Positions 38,142 to 49,540 of a DNA stretch of 64,000 bases are shown in pieces (position 1 is the stretch's first letter; each line of letters begins with the position of its first letter). The notes below the pieces were generated by a model. The model searched no databases. It had not been told where the DNA came from and was given only the letters and a program-made list of their open reading frames with translations. Source of the DNA: Camelus dromedarius (lineage: Eukaryota). Location of the stretch: contig NC_087438.1 of the NCBI RefSeq assembly GCF_036321535.1, positions 1-64,000 on the forward strand, in the 5' to 3' direction. The translations under genes were made by a program, and so were the position numbers.

Positions 38142-38889
38142 TTTTTTTTTTGAGATGTGTACAACCAGTTTAATGACTGATGAAACCATACAGATGCCAA
38201 ACTAGGGAGCACCAGGAGCACAGAAGCAGAAAAGGCCTTGGGGGGAAACACTACATTACCGTGGGGAAAATGGGATCTCCTAATGTTGAAGGGGGGAAGG
38301 GGAGGTCCACTGGCAGCTCAGAACTATGACATTTTTCAGGGGAACATGCATCCCACCCTCAAAGCAGGAGTAAGCTGGCCGCCTTCACTCCCGAACATAA
38401 ATTCTCGTGCAGACCACGTCATCAGCGCCGAAAGTCAGGATGAGCTCGTCGTTGGCCAGCTCGTGGGTCCAGGAGGTTAGGGGCCGTCGCCCTCGAGGAG
38501 AGTTTGTGTGCAGTGGACCTTGCTCTCATTCTCCCAAGTGGCTGAACTCCTGCACTTGCGTCCGTCCTCTCTCTCCTCCTCAAAGCCTTCTCCCACCTTG
38601 AAGTCGATCTCGGTGGTGCGCACCGTGGTGGATGTCTTTATGTAGAACTGATCCCCATCCTGGCGGGTCTTCACGTGCGGCTTGGACGCAGCCGCCTTGG
38701 CCACTTTCCTCAGCATGGCCTTCACGCCCAGCCCCTTGAGCAGCTCATCGAAATTCTCGCTGCTGTGCATCTTCCAAGTGCCGGCGAAGTTGGGAATGCT
38801 GGCAGAGGTGGCGGCGGCGGGAATGCGGCGGCCGGCTCAGACAGCTGCGGCACGGCAGGTGCACACTCCAAGCTGCAAGGCGGAGACTC
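38142..38889 (-). pseudogene. CRABP1: Full-length processed pseudogene of cellular retinoic acid-binding protein 1
   Basis: Intronless CDS 38797-38385 translating to [19 protein letters not shown]...[28 protein letters not shown]...[28 protein letters not shown] changed to ATT; 1-bp deletion gives TAA after GDGP. Has 5'UTR, ATTAAA signal, poly-A at 38142-38151 and TSD acaat(t/g)tttttt. Confidence 0.97.
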
Positions 38890-39773
38890 AACAATGTTTT
38901 TTAAGTTCCATAAGTGTGGACAATTTTTTAAAGTGAAAAATTATCTGAAACTAGAATTTCTTGCATCCAAGGATATAAGAGTTACGTACCCATGTTACCA
39001 TATAGCCACTTAGGACTTTTTAGATTAGAATTCTACTTGTATAATTGTTTCTATTTAATTAAATGCTACTCATTTGAACAACCTGTGGATAAAATGTAAA
39101 TGCTCCTGAGGCTTACAATAAAATTAAATCTTTTTCTTAAGCAGGTGGCAAATGATTGGTTTTCATAAAGTGCTTAAAACTTTTAATATTCTAGTCTGTA
39201 AACTGAATAAAGCATCTTTAACAATTCTTTAATTTTAAAAAGTACAACAAAATCATTTATCTCATTTAGTTTCTATCTGAAGAGTTGTTGGGAAGTAATT
39301 CTTTAATACTAACAAGTTGTAGTCATTGCAACGAGGCTCCTGGAAACTTGCAGGCTGGTTACTTTCTGGAGAATTTGTAAGTTCTCTCTCATTAAGGGGA
39401 TCCGAGTGCCGCCTGTGAGCGCTGCCTCAGTCAGGCTGCACAAGGCTGCACTGCCAGGGCAGGGTGCAGCCAACCCACTCACATCCCACTAGTACCACTG
39501 CGACTTCGCAACCAGAAATGTGGGCAGAAGTGTTCCTCCTCCAAACAGCCTCTGAGAACATGAAATTGAAAGTTTACTTATTTTGGTTATAGAGGTTCAT
39601 GTATTGAAAACATAAAGAATCTTTAAAAGTTAATTTTCTTGTTTTTAAAAGAACAGCAGAAACTAAGATTTTATTGAAAGACAGAAATCTTTGCAGAAAA
39701 ATATAAACCAAGTTTTTGAAACACTGAATTGGAAACACTTGATTTTTCCACTATTCATGACAGGATTTCTTTT

Positions 39774-40959
39774 TTGTTATTATTCTTTTTTTTTTAATTC
39801 AGTTATAGTCAGTTTACAATGTTGTGTCAATTTCTGGCATACAGCACAATTTTTCAGTGATACGTGAATATACATATATTCATTTTCATATTCTTTTTCC
39901 CCATGAACTACCACAAGATCTTGTATATATTTTCCTGTGCTATACAGTATAAACTTGTTTATCTATTCTATATATACCTGTCAGTATCTACCAATCTCGA
40001 ACTCCCAGTCTGTCCCTTCCCACCCACCTCCCCTGTGGCAACCACAAGATTGTATCCTATGTCTGTGAGTCTGTTTCTGTTTTGTATTTATGTTTTGTTT
40101 TGTTTTGTTTTGTTTTTAGATTACACATATGAGTGATCTCACATGGCATTTTCCTTTCTCTTTCTGGCTTACTTCACTTAGAATGACATTCTCCAGGAAC
40201 ATCCATGTTGCAGCAAATGGCATTGTGTTGTCATTTTTGTGGCTGAATAGTATTCCGTTGTATAAATATACCACCTCTTCTTTATCCAGTCATCTGTCGA
40301 TGGACATTTAGGCTGTTTCCACATCTTGGCTATTGTAAATAGTGCTGCTGTGAACATTGGGGAGCAGGTGTCTTTTTGAATTAGGGTTCCTTCTGGATAT
40401 AAGCCCAGGAGTGGGATTCCTGGGTCATATGGTGAGTCTACTCCTAGTCTTTTGAGGAATCTCCATACTGTTTTCCACAGTGGCTGCACCAAACTGCATT
40501 CCCACCAGCAGTGTAGGAGGGTTCCCTTTTCTCCACAGCCTCTCCAGTACTTGTCATTTGTGGACTTTTGAATGATGTCCACTCTGACTGGTCTGAGGTG
40601 ATACCCATTGTAGTTTTGATTTGCATTTCTCTGATAATTAATGATATTAAGCATTTTTCCATTTGCCTATTGGTCTTTCATATTTCTTCATTGGAGAATT
40701 GTTTGTTTAGGTCTTCTGCCCATTTTTGGATTGGGTTCTTTGTTTTTGTTTTTTTTTTCTTATTAAGTCATATGAGCTATTTATATATTCTGGAGATCAA
40801 GCCCTTGTCAGTTTCACCGTTTGCAAATATTTTCTCCCATTCCATAGGTTGTCATCTTGTTTTGCTTATGGTTTCCTTTGCTGTGCAAAAGCTTGTAAGT
40901 TTAATTAGGTCCCATTTGTTTATTTTTGCTTTTATTTCTATTTCTTGTGTAGACTGCCC
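39774..40959 (-). mobile_element. Relatively young 5'-truncated LINE-1 (ORF2 C-terminus and 3'UTR) with 16-bp TSD
   Basis: ORF 40178-40654 encodes the L1 ORF2 Cys-rich end ([24 protein letters not shown]...KQPKCPS); TSD tgacaggatttctttt (39758-39773) / tgataggatttctttt (40960-40975). Confidence 0.95.
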
Positions 40960-41971
40960 TGATAGGATTTCTTTTGAAGTCAGAGTCCATAAATATTTAC
41001 TAAGCTGTGAGAGGAATTATCGAGAGGTGGTCTACAAACCCAGGTGTTGCTGAGAGATGTCAGACATAGCAGAATCCTCCTTAGATGCATGGGTGATCCT
41101 TCTGGAAGTTTCCACTAATTCAGCACATCACTAAACGCTGATGACAAGGTGAGAGCCAAGTGTAAATGCTCCCAAATTCCAAGGAGGACAAAGACTTCTG
41201 CTAAGAAATTGAGATGACCCAGGAAAATGGTCACAGCTGAGAGTCACTGATCTTCATAGAGTTTAGGGATTTCAGAGCTGCCCTTTTCTGATTTATGAAG
41301 AGGGACAGAGACATCTTCCCAACATTCTGGGGCCTAGTGGGGGGTCTCCTGTGTTGGCTTCAGCCCTGGGTTGCGAGCACCAGTCTCTCCTCATCCTGGC
41401 CAGAGAAGGCTCCAGCAGGTCCCCTCCCCATCTATTTATAGGGGCGGCTTCATCCAACTTACCCCAGGGACCCCCACCCCCATTTCTCACCTGTGAGTCC
41501 TGCTAGAGGAGTGGAAAGAGGCCTCTAGCTACCGATGTCCCTGGAACCCCTGTGGCCTGTCCTCCTCCCCTTTATCTAAAGTGAATCCCACTGGGAAACA
41601 GACTCCTGGGTCCTGGGAAAGCTGCATCTCTCTCCAGGAAGTGCCAGGAGCAGGAGAAGAAGGGATTTTGCCACCTGGCCACATGCATTCTCCTAGTGTA
41701 TGGAGGTGCTTGTGATGTCTGGTGCCCTGGCAGCCATCTTTTCATCGCAATGACCATACTCTGAGCGATGAAGTCCTGGCCCTCGGAATGCCTGGGAGGC
41801 CAGACACACTCTCTGCAGACTTCTGGGCATTGCGGGCAAAGACATTTGTCTGTTTTAATGGGAGCTGGCTGGGTGTGGGGCTGTTCATAGCTCAGAGAGT
41901 GCCTGCCCACTCGATGCTCACTGACCCTCATGATGACAGTGTGATGCTGATGTGATGGCTCAAGAAGACCA

Positions 41972-42550
41972 GCAGCAGCAGCCACTTTGCCAAACGCCTG
42001 TTGGTTCCTCAGAGGGCCAAACACAGAGTCACCAAGGACCCAGGATTTCCAGCCCTAGGCCCACACCCAAGAGAAAGGAAGCCCTGTCCACTCAAGGGCG
42101 GGGGTCCAGCGTTCACAGCAGCAAGTCCACAGGAGCCAGGAGGCAGAAACGACCCAGACGGCCATCAGAGGGTGAGAGGGTGCAGGTGATGTCTGCCCCC
42201 ACAGCGGAACATTGCTCGGCCTCAAGAAGGGACCAGGCACTGAGGAAGCTTCAGGGTGGACGAACGCTGACACCCCGACACTCGGTGAGAGAAGCGGGCG
42301 CCGACGGCCACGTGCGTGTGATCCACTCACACCAAGTCAGGGAACTGGAAGAGCTGGAAAGCTGGTCATTGCGTGCCTGGGGCTGCAGGGAAAGGGGGCC
42401 GGAGGTCGCAGCTAAAGGCCTTGGGGTTTCTTCCTGAGGTGATGAAAATGTTCTGAAATTGACCTGTGGGGCCAGTGTACTGAAACCCATTGAATTAAAT
42501 GGGCAGATTGTATGGTTTACGGATTGTATCTCAATAAAGCTGTTAAGAAC
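41972..42550 (+). mobile_element. L1MB-like 3' end, strongly GC-shifted
   Basis: Ends ggtgatgaaaatgttctgaaattga...tatctcaataaagctgtt; upstream text is collinear with L1 3' consensus but GC-substituted. Confidence 0.8.
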
Positions 42551-43698
42551 ATGTAAAGAGACCCAACCTGGAAAAGTGGAGGTGGGTCCTGGGGAGTCAG
42601 TGAGAGTAGCTAAGTGCTCTGCGGAGGACTGGGGTGGGGGTGCTCATACTCAGTGAGGACTCACCGGGGCCAGAAAACCACTGAGCCTTTACCTGCATTA
42701 ACCTGCTCATTCTGCAGGGGGGCCTCTGAGCAGAGGTGTCGGAGCACCTGCCCAGGGACGTGGGTTGAGTGATGTCTACCAGGGTGTCATGTTCTGCAGT
42801 AGAGACCACTGGTGTTATTTGATTTTTTTAAATTTACTTAAATATAGTTTAGCAAAAAAAAAAAAAGGTTGATCTCAATTTTGGCAGAGAAATTTGCCTT
42901 CCTGAAACTTATCTCGAGGAAAAAAATATTAAGTCTGCAACACACTATCACTAAATTATTTAGTTGAAACGTTTTATAACTGGAGACTTAGTACAAAGTA
43001 TGATGTGAAGATAAACTTTTAGTTAGGAAGCAGCACATCCTTCTGGAATGGCCAATCCAGGGGTTGTTCCTCTAAATAGCACTGCGGCAGAGGGCTGAGC
43101 ACATCTGTATACTTAAAACACCATTTGTCTAATCGCTCTTTTGTTGAATGCTACTTGTTCCAACGTTCTGTGAATTGACTTTAAATTAAAGTAAGATCCG
43201 GTAAAACAAAGGACAATGCAAAATAGATTAAGTGGATCCACACTCTTCTCCCCACCAAACAGAAGAGCCGGTGTTATTTCCCTCCGAGGGAGTTTCATGT
43301 TAATTTCTTCAAAGAAAATCAGGAAAACACACATTTAATGAAAAGCTTGATTTGTATCTTGAGAGCCCCGACCTGTTGCTGGACGAGATCTTGGGGACCT
43401 GGGTCCCTGCAGTCCCGCACTGGGCATCACATCAGGACACAGCCCCCTGCCATCCTCTGCCCTGGGGAACCCTGAGTCTCCACTCTCCTCCACTTCCCAG
43501 GGCTTAAAAGGATTGTAATAAACTAAAAATGGGGTAAAAGGCATCCCCTAAGGTTTTCTATACACTGGAGAAAGAGGGACATTTTTGTTGTTGACTTGAA
43601 GATTGGAGTGGTGGAGGCATTAATGCTGACGTGAGAAAAGAACTTTTAGAAGGAAAAGTACAGGTGATACTTGTAATGACCATGCTCCCCTGCACATA

Positions 43699-43700
<2 letters not shown>

Positions 43701-43740
<40 letters not shown>
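43701..43740. repeat. (TG)20 microsatellite
   Basis: Directly visible. Confidence 0.97.
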
Positions 43741-43743
<3 letters not shown>

Positions 43744-44502
43744 CAGGGCACAGAATTTTACTGTCAACTGTAGTCTTATGGGATAACATTTTTATAAAAA
43801 AATAATAATCATGTCTTGTTTTTTATTTCCATGTGGAGTTTTATTTACCAATTTTTAAAATATTGTCTCCTATTTATAGTGATTTTTAGAGGTAAGCTAA
43901 CAGTACTCAGTGTGTGAAATTTATAAAGCAATGACTTAAATGTTTCATGGTTTACCACCTACATATCTCATTTGGACATTGTAACATCTTATGGCTCAAA
44001 ATAAGCAAAACCCACAGTTTTAGCATAAGGTAGTCATTCATACTCCAGGAGACGTCTCGGACTGGTGCTGAGGTTGTTTCCCTGGTTATGGGGTGTCAGG
44101 AGGTGCTCAAACCTGCGCCTTTGAGATGAGTTGGGCATAAGCATCTACAGGACAGTGGTCTCAAGATTATGGTCCAAACACCAAACACTCTCACCTGTAT
44201 GTCAGGACACAGATCCTCTGCACATACTTGCATCCATCTTTTGTGTGAATTAACTTTAAACCTATGGGTTAACATCATGTGAGCCCCCAACACACTCCCC
44301 CAGGTGGGGCCCCAAGACCAGCTACTCCTGAGTCGGGATAAGAACGTGGTCAGAACCAGAGCCCAGGGTCCAAGGTCACATGCCCAGGACCCCTGTCAGG
44401 GTAGTCAGATATGAATGTCTCCTGCTGGGAATGTTCTGTTGAGTGAGAAGACCATGTCAGCAGACAGAGAGATTCCACTTGGAAGGTGATTAAGAAGTGT
44501 GC

Positions 44503-44723
44503 AAGATTTGCAGATACTAACTGCTATATATAAAATAGGTAAACAACAAGTTTCTTCTATATAGCACAGGGAACTGCATTCAATACTTTGTGGTAACTTA
44601 AGATGTAAAGAATGGAGACGAATATATGCACATATATGTATGACTGAAACACTATGCTGTACACCAGAAATTGACACAACATTGTAAAGTGACTATTCAA
44701 TTACCAAAAAAAAAAAAAAAAAA
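44503..44723 (+). mobile_element. Short L1 3'UTR insertion with poly-A and TSD
   Basis: tatagcacagggaac...tgctgtacaccagaaattgacacaacattgtaaa then A18; TSD aagaagtgtgc / aaaaagtgtgc; similar to the 3'UTR at 39790-40000. Confidence 0.88.
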
Positions 44724-46322
44724 GTGTGCTCTCAGCAGTCCTGGCTCCAGTTGTAAATCCAAATGAGGGATCTGTGGCTCTGTCATGGCCAGTCACTAGA
44801 AACACACATGTGTTCCTCACACACGCTCACGTGTGTGCAGCCTTGGGCCAGGGAGCTGCAGAAAGACCATGTTTCTTTAAGACCAGAGTCGCATTTCTGG
44901 GAAATTGCAATAGTTTGATCTTTTGGTTATGGGATTGTGAGCGTCCTTCTGGGGGTAGAGTCAGGATGCGGCCTCTGTCCTGTTTTTCTGTAATACTCCT
45001 GAAATTAGACGTTAAGTTTAGCACAAGGAAAGAGGAGGGAGGGAGGGAGGGAGGGAGGAAGCAGGCTGCATAGCTCTGTCCACAGGGTGGACTAACCACA
45101 GTGGCCGGGCCTCCCTGCCTGGGTAATGGGGCAGTTAGGGTGCACGAGGGGCCTGTGTTTGTGGAGCCAAGTCACAGAGTCGATCCTAGCGCTCTCGGCA
45201 GAGGGGCTTTCATGAGGGGTCACTGGGGAGCTAACCCCAGGGTCATACCAGGTCACTTCCAGTCCCCACTGGGTGCTCTCTTCCTTGTAACGGGGTGCAG
45301 GTGGGGAGCCGATCTGTGGGCCCATTTTCTAAGGGAATAATGTGCCTGTGCTCCAGTCACTGCGTGGGTGGAGGGACTGGTGTGGAGAGACCCAGAAAGT
45401 TAGCAGAATCGGACGTTGGAGAGTGCCTCTGACGAATTCCACTTGGAAGGCGGCTGCCAGCATGGGAAAGGCTGCAGCACTGGGGCTCTGGCCCAGCTCC
45501 CCGCTCTCCTCTGGCTTCTGAGTGGACAGCAGTCCTACGGACAGTCCTGGAGCGAGCGCTGCACCGACAGCGGGGCGTCCGGCTGTCTGGGCTTCCCGCC
45601 AGGGTCCCAGCATCCACACCCCTGCTGGCTGGCTGCTGGGAGGGACAGAGGCTGCCTCAGGATTGACAGCGTGTGTGCACTTCAGGGCCTGGAGCGGTGC
45701 TGGGATGAGGCTGTGGCCTGCAGTGGCCGTTTCCCATTGGCTTCCATCGCTCACCTTCCTAGTGTTGGAAGGGAACCAAGGCCCTCTGAGTGGCAAGTTC
45801 CCGGAGAGGGAACCAGTGGCCCTGTTGTCCACCTAGGGGTGCCCTGCATGCTGACCGACCCACCCACATGGGTTCCATCTTTCCTGCTTGGTCCCTAAGT
45901 TCTGGTTTCTGCTGTTATTGTTGTTTGTTTTTGCTTTAACTGCCTTCAGTTTCTTTTCTTTCTCATTCTCCAGTTACTACACACCGATGTTTTCTGTGAA
46001 AGGAGATGATTGTGAGTCTTTAGTGTGAAGGAGTGGCTTAACAAGCATGTGTCTGTGACGGGGTCCACAAGGAGGGTGGTGCCTAAGAATGTGTGTGAAT
46101 GTGACCCTAAAGGGGGCTGAGGTGTTTGTGTGGGTTTTCTGAGGAAGGATATCCTTGGAGTAGGCGTGCTGCTATGTGAATGCATGAGATCAAAGAGGGT
46201 TTGGAGATGTTAGGTAGTCAGATAAATGGGGGCACTGGGCAGGCAGGTGGAGGAGAGGGAGGAGGGTCCGGAAGATGGCATTAGGCCTGCCTCCAGCATA
46301 AAGGGACTTTATTTCTTCTACG

Positions 46323-46761
46323 TGTGTGCCAGCAAGAAACCGGTTAGAACCCGACAGCCGCAACTGCACGGTAGAGAGAAGAACTTAACTGGACGTGGCC
46401 CAGTGCTCATTGTATTACAATTAACAATGCAGTTTAGGCCCCCCACCATGGGTTTCTCTGTGTGTATCATGGGTAAGGACATGTGCAAAGGAAGCAAGCA
46501 TGACTAAGCATTCCAGGGACAAGAGCATCAGTCACTCAAGAGACCACCTCTGAGCGAGGTCGCAAGAGGAAGGGACAGACAAGACAACTGCTCTTCCCCC
46601 TGAGACCAGCCCTCCTGCGGTGCTCGGGGGTGTGCTTTCCTTTTCTAAGTAAGTCCTGTAGAATCTTTCCCCACACACAGCACACTGTCTCCTGTCTATG
46701 ACCTTATCTTTCAGCTACGACAAGAACTGGGGTCTTTTCCCTTTCCCTTTCTGAAGTAACA
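46323..46761 (+). mobile_element. ERV1-class solo LTR
   Basis: TG...CA ends; 3' end tctttcagctacgacaagaactgggg...aaca typical of ERV1 LTR U5. Confidence 0.55.
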
Positions 46762-47534
46762 GAGAGCTTCTGAATCTTGGACCTTCTCAACCCGAGGACA
46801 GGGGAGGACACAGTTCTCATTCAGGCTGGCAATGCTGGCCAGTGAGGTGGGCACTTCTCATTTCAATTTAACTCGTTAAAATTGAATAGCATCATCTGAG
46901 TCAGCCTCAGGACGCTGCTGAGAGACAGCCAGCTTGTCCAGGATCACCAGGTTAGAGACCCAGACCATATCCATTCACCCAGCACAGTGGCCTCCTGGGA
47001 CCAGGCTCTGCACCTGGTCCCACCACACAGCGCGCTCAGTCTGCACAGAGAAGGGTGCACCTGGCAGGATTAAGTGGATGATGGGGGCACGCCCTCAGGA
47101 AGAAAGCTCATCTTCAGGAGGGCAAGAGGCAGCCCCAGGTCACACGGAGGAAAACGGAATTTTAAGCTATATTCTAAGGACATTTTTATAACATTTCCTG
47201 CTTAATAAAACTTATGAATGACCATCTGGGAAATTTTGGAAATTACAGAAATCTATAATGGAAAAAGCCATAACAATTTCACCACTAAAAGATAATCTTA
47301 TTACATCATTTTATACTCTTTTTTTGAACATTTTTTCTTTTTTTTATGGTGGAAGTCATATTGCCTGCACGATACGATTTATTATTTCCACCTTAATATA
47401 GTATTATCTTGTCAGTCTCCATTTTATAAACATGAACAGTCACCCTATATTCTACAATATAGACATATCATTCATTTAACTCCAAGAAGTTTACCCATGT
47501 GCTCTCACACACAAAGAATGGGCAGAAGGAAACA

Positions 47535-47672
47535 CCAACTCCTGCTGAGCATTTGCTGTGAGCCAGGGACCTTTCCCAGCAAGTTCACACATGTTAATGC
47601 TCATTCACTCTATGAGCAATCATGCAGCTCAGGAATGACTGCTATCCCCCTTTTGCAGCTAAAGAAAGCAGG
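47535..47672 (-). mobile_element. MIR SINE relic
   Basis: gagcatttgctgtgagccagg...atcccccttttgcagctaaagaaa resembles the MIR core. Confidence 0.6.
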
Positions 47673-48373
47673 ATTGTTTAAAACAGCTTCCTATTGTAAA
47701 AAAAATATATACGCACTTGAAAAATTAACTCAGGAAATTACAAAGACATATCCCTCTATCCAGAGGTGACCACTGTGGCCGTTTTGGACAAGCCCTTACA
47801 GGTATGGCTCAGCACATTTACGTACTCATCTCCGACTTGATTAATACCTAATGTCTATTGGTGAAATTTTAGGGTGTTTTACTTTTACTAGAATTTCTAA
47901 GGTATATTAGTAAATCTTGCAAAAAAAAAAGGTGTAATTTTAAAATAAGTGATAACATATGCTTTAAGATGCTTTTACTTCACTTCTTTGGGGTTCACGA
48001 GGAGAGCAACTCAGTTCAGTCATGGTCACACTGCTCAGCCTCTCCTTCTGGTTCATTCACCTTGTTTTCCACGGAGCTCAGGTAACAGACAACCCGACAG
48101 CCAACGGGATGAAAGCTTGTCTCTGCATCAGTTCTAGAAGCAAAGAGCGTGCATTTCACCCTTAATTCTAAACATGATAAATGTGGAGGGTCTGCAGTGA
48201 TTTACTCACTACAAATGTATTAGATTGACAACTGACAAGCAAAAACTGGGTCAAACTCTTTGAATTGCCCCAGACAAATCCCACTTAGACTCTAAAATAC
48301 ACACACTTCCCCCATGGAAAATGGGCCTAAAACTATGTTAGTTCAAAAATAAATTACACTGCCCGATGGCCTG

Positions 48374-49010
48374 GGACTTCCAGAATGACTGAGTGAAGAG
48401 TTTGGCAAATCCTCTTTCCAAAAAAGAAATGACAAAACTTTAAAAAACAACAATCATTTCAGGACTCTGGAAATGGGCCCACAGGCAGGCAACAAACTGA
48501 GAAGCACTTACTCAAGGAACTACTAACCCTTGGACAGAACAGCAGAAATCTGCAGCAGTCAGCCGGTGGCCGCTGCTGTCCACCCAACCCCAGCTGCTCC
48601 GTGGTGTGGTAGTTCCACTGGGAAGGGCTAGCTTGATTTGGAGCCGAGTGTTGTCAGAACAACAGCGGCCTCAGAGGTGTCCCGTCAGGGAAGGCCAACA
48701 TCGCAGCTGCCTGCAGCTGTGCTGCTATTCGGGGCAGATGCAAGCCAGGAGACCAGGTGGCACCTTGGCTGAGAAGGAGGACCAGGTATCACTGGAGTCC
48801 AGAGGTTCTTGGGAGTTTCGAAATGCACAAAGCTGCAGGCAAGCTCAGGAGGAGCCAGAGAGGGTCCTGGCTATGCCTTGTTCCTGGATGAACGCGAAGG
48901 CTTACAAAGGCTTACACGTGCAGAGAGTGAGGGCCAGGACAGGCCTGTGAGCTGTTGGAACTTTTTACATGGTCTGAAATGACACACAGATCCACTGGCC
49001 AAGGAGGAAG
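48374..49010 (+). mobile_element. Old L1 (L1MC/MD-type) 5' region relic
   Basis: caatcatttcaggactctggaaat...gcaacaaactgagaagcac resembles L1M 5' ends. Confidence 0.55.
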
Positions 49011-49029
49011 CTTCGCTGCCTCGTGGCGT

Positions 49030-49341
49030 TTCTGTGGACTGAGCTGTGTCCCCAAATGCGTGTGCTGAAGCCCTAACCCCCAGTGGGACTGTTATTGGAG
49101 GTGGGCCTCTGAAGAGGTGATTGCAGCTAAGTGAGGTCACAAAAGTGGGGCCCTGATCCCCTTTGACTGGTGTCCTGAGAAGAAGAGGGAGACACTGGGG
49201 TTGCAGATAAATGGAGGGAAGGCCATGGAGGACACAGCGAAAAGAGTTTCCACCTCCACCCAGACTGTGAGATGGTAAGTGTCTACTGTTTAAGCCACCC
49301 TGTCGGTGGTGTTGGCTACGCAGTCTGAACCAACTGACACA
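49030..49341 (+). mobile_element. MLT1A-like ERVL-MaLR solo LTR
   Basis: tgtggactgagctgtgtcccc...gaagccctaaccccc...gactggtgtcct...gactgtgaga...tgtttaagccacc...ctgacaca. Confidence 0.85.
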
Positions 49342-49419
49342 GTGTTTAAGTACAGCTTCCTGACTAATCATTGCCTTGGGCAATTTCAGAAGAAAAACAT
49401 CTTGTGGAACAAAGGCTTA

Positions 49420-49540
49420 CCCAGTAGACTGTAAGCAGAAGAGAAGGAGATGAATCGGACTTATTTACCTGTATCTGCATGGCACCCAGCACAGAACCCA
49501 GTACACGGCAGGTGTTCTGGATATCTGCTGATGATGGGAC
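49420..49540 (+). mobile_element. L2 3'-end relic
   Basis: tagactgtaagc...gtatctgcatggcacccagcacagaacccagtacacggcaggtg. Confidence 0.55.

Noticed and set aside
38477..38770. Functional CRABP1 gene
   Set aside because: Intronless, start codon lost, frameshift stop, poly-A and TSD present.
40178..40654. 158-aa ORF as a host gene
   Set aside because: L1 ORF2 C-terminus of a 5'-truncated element.
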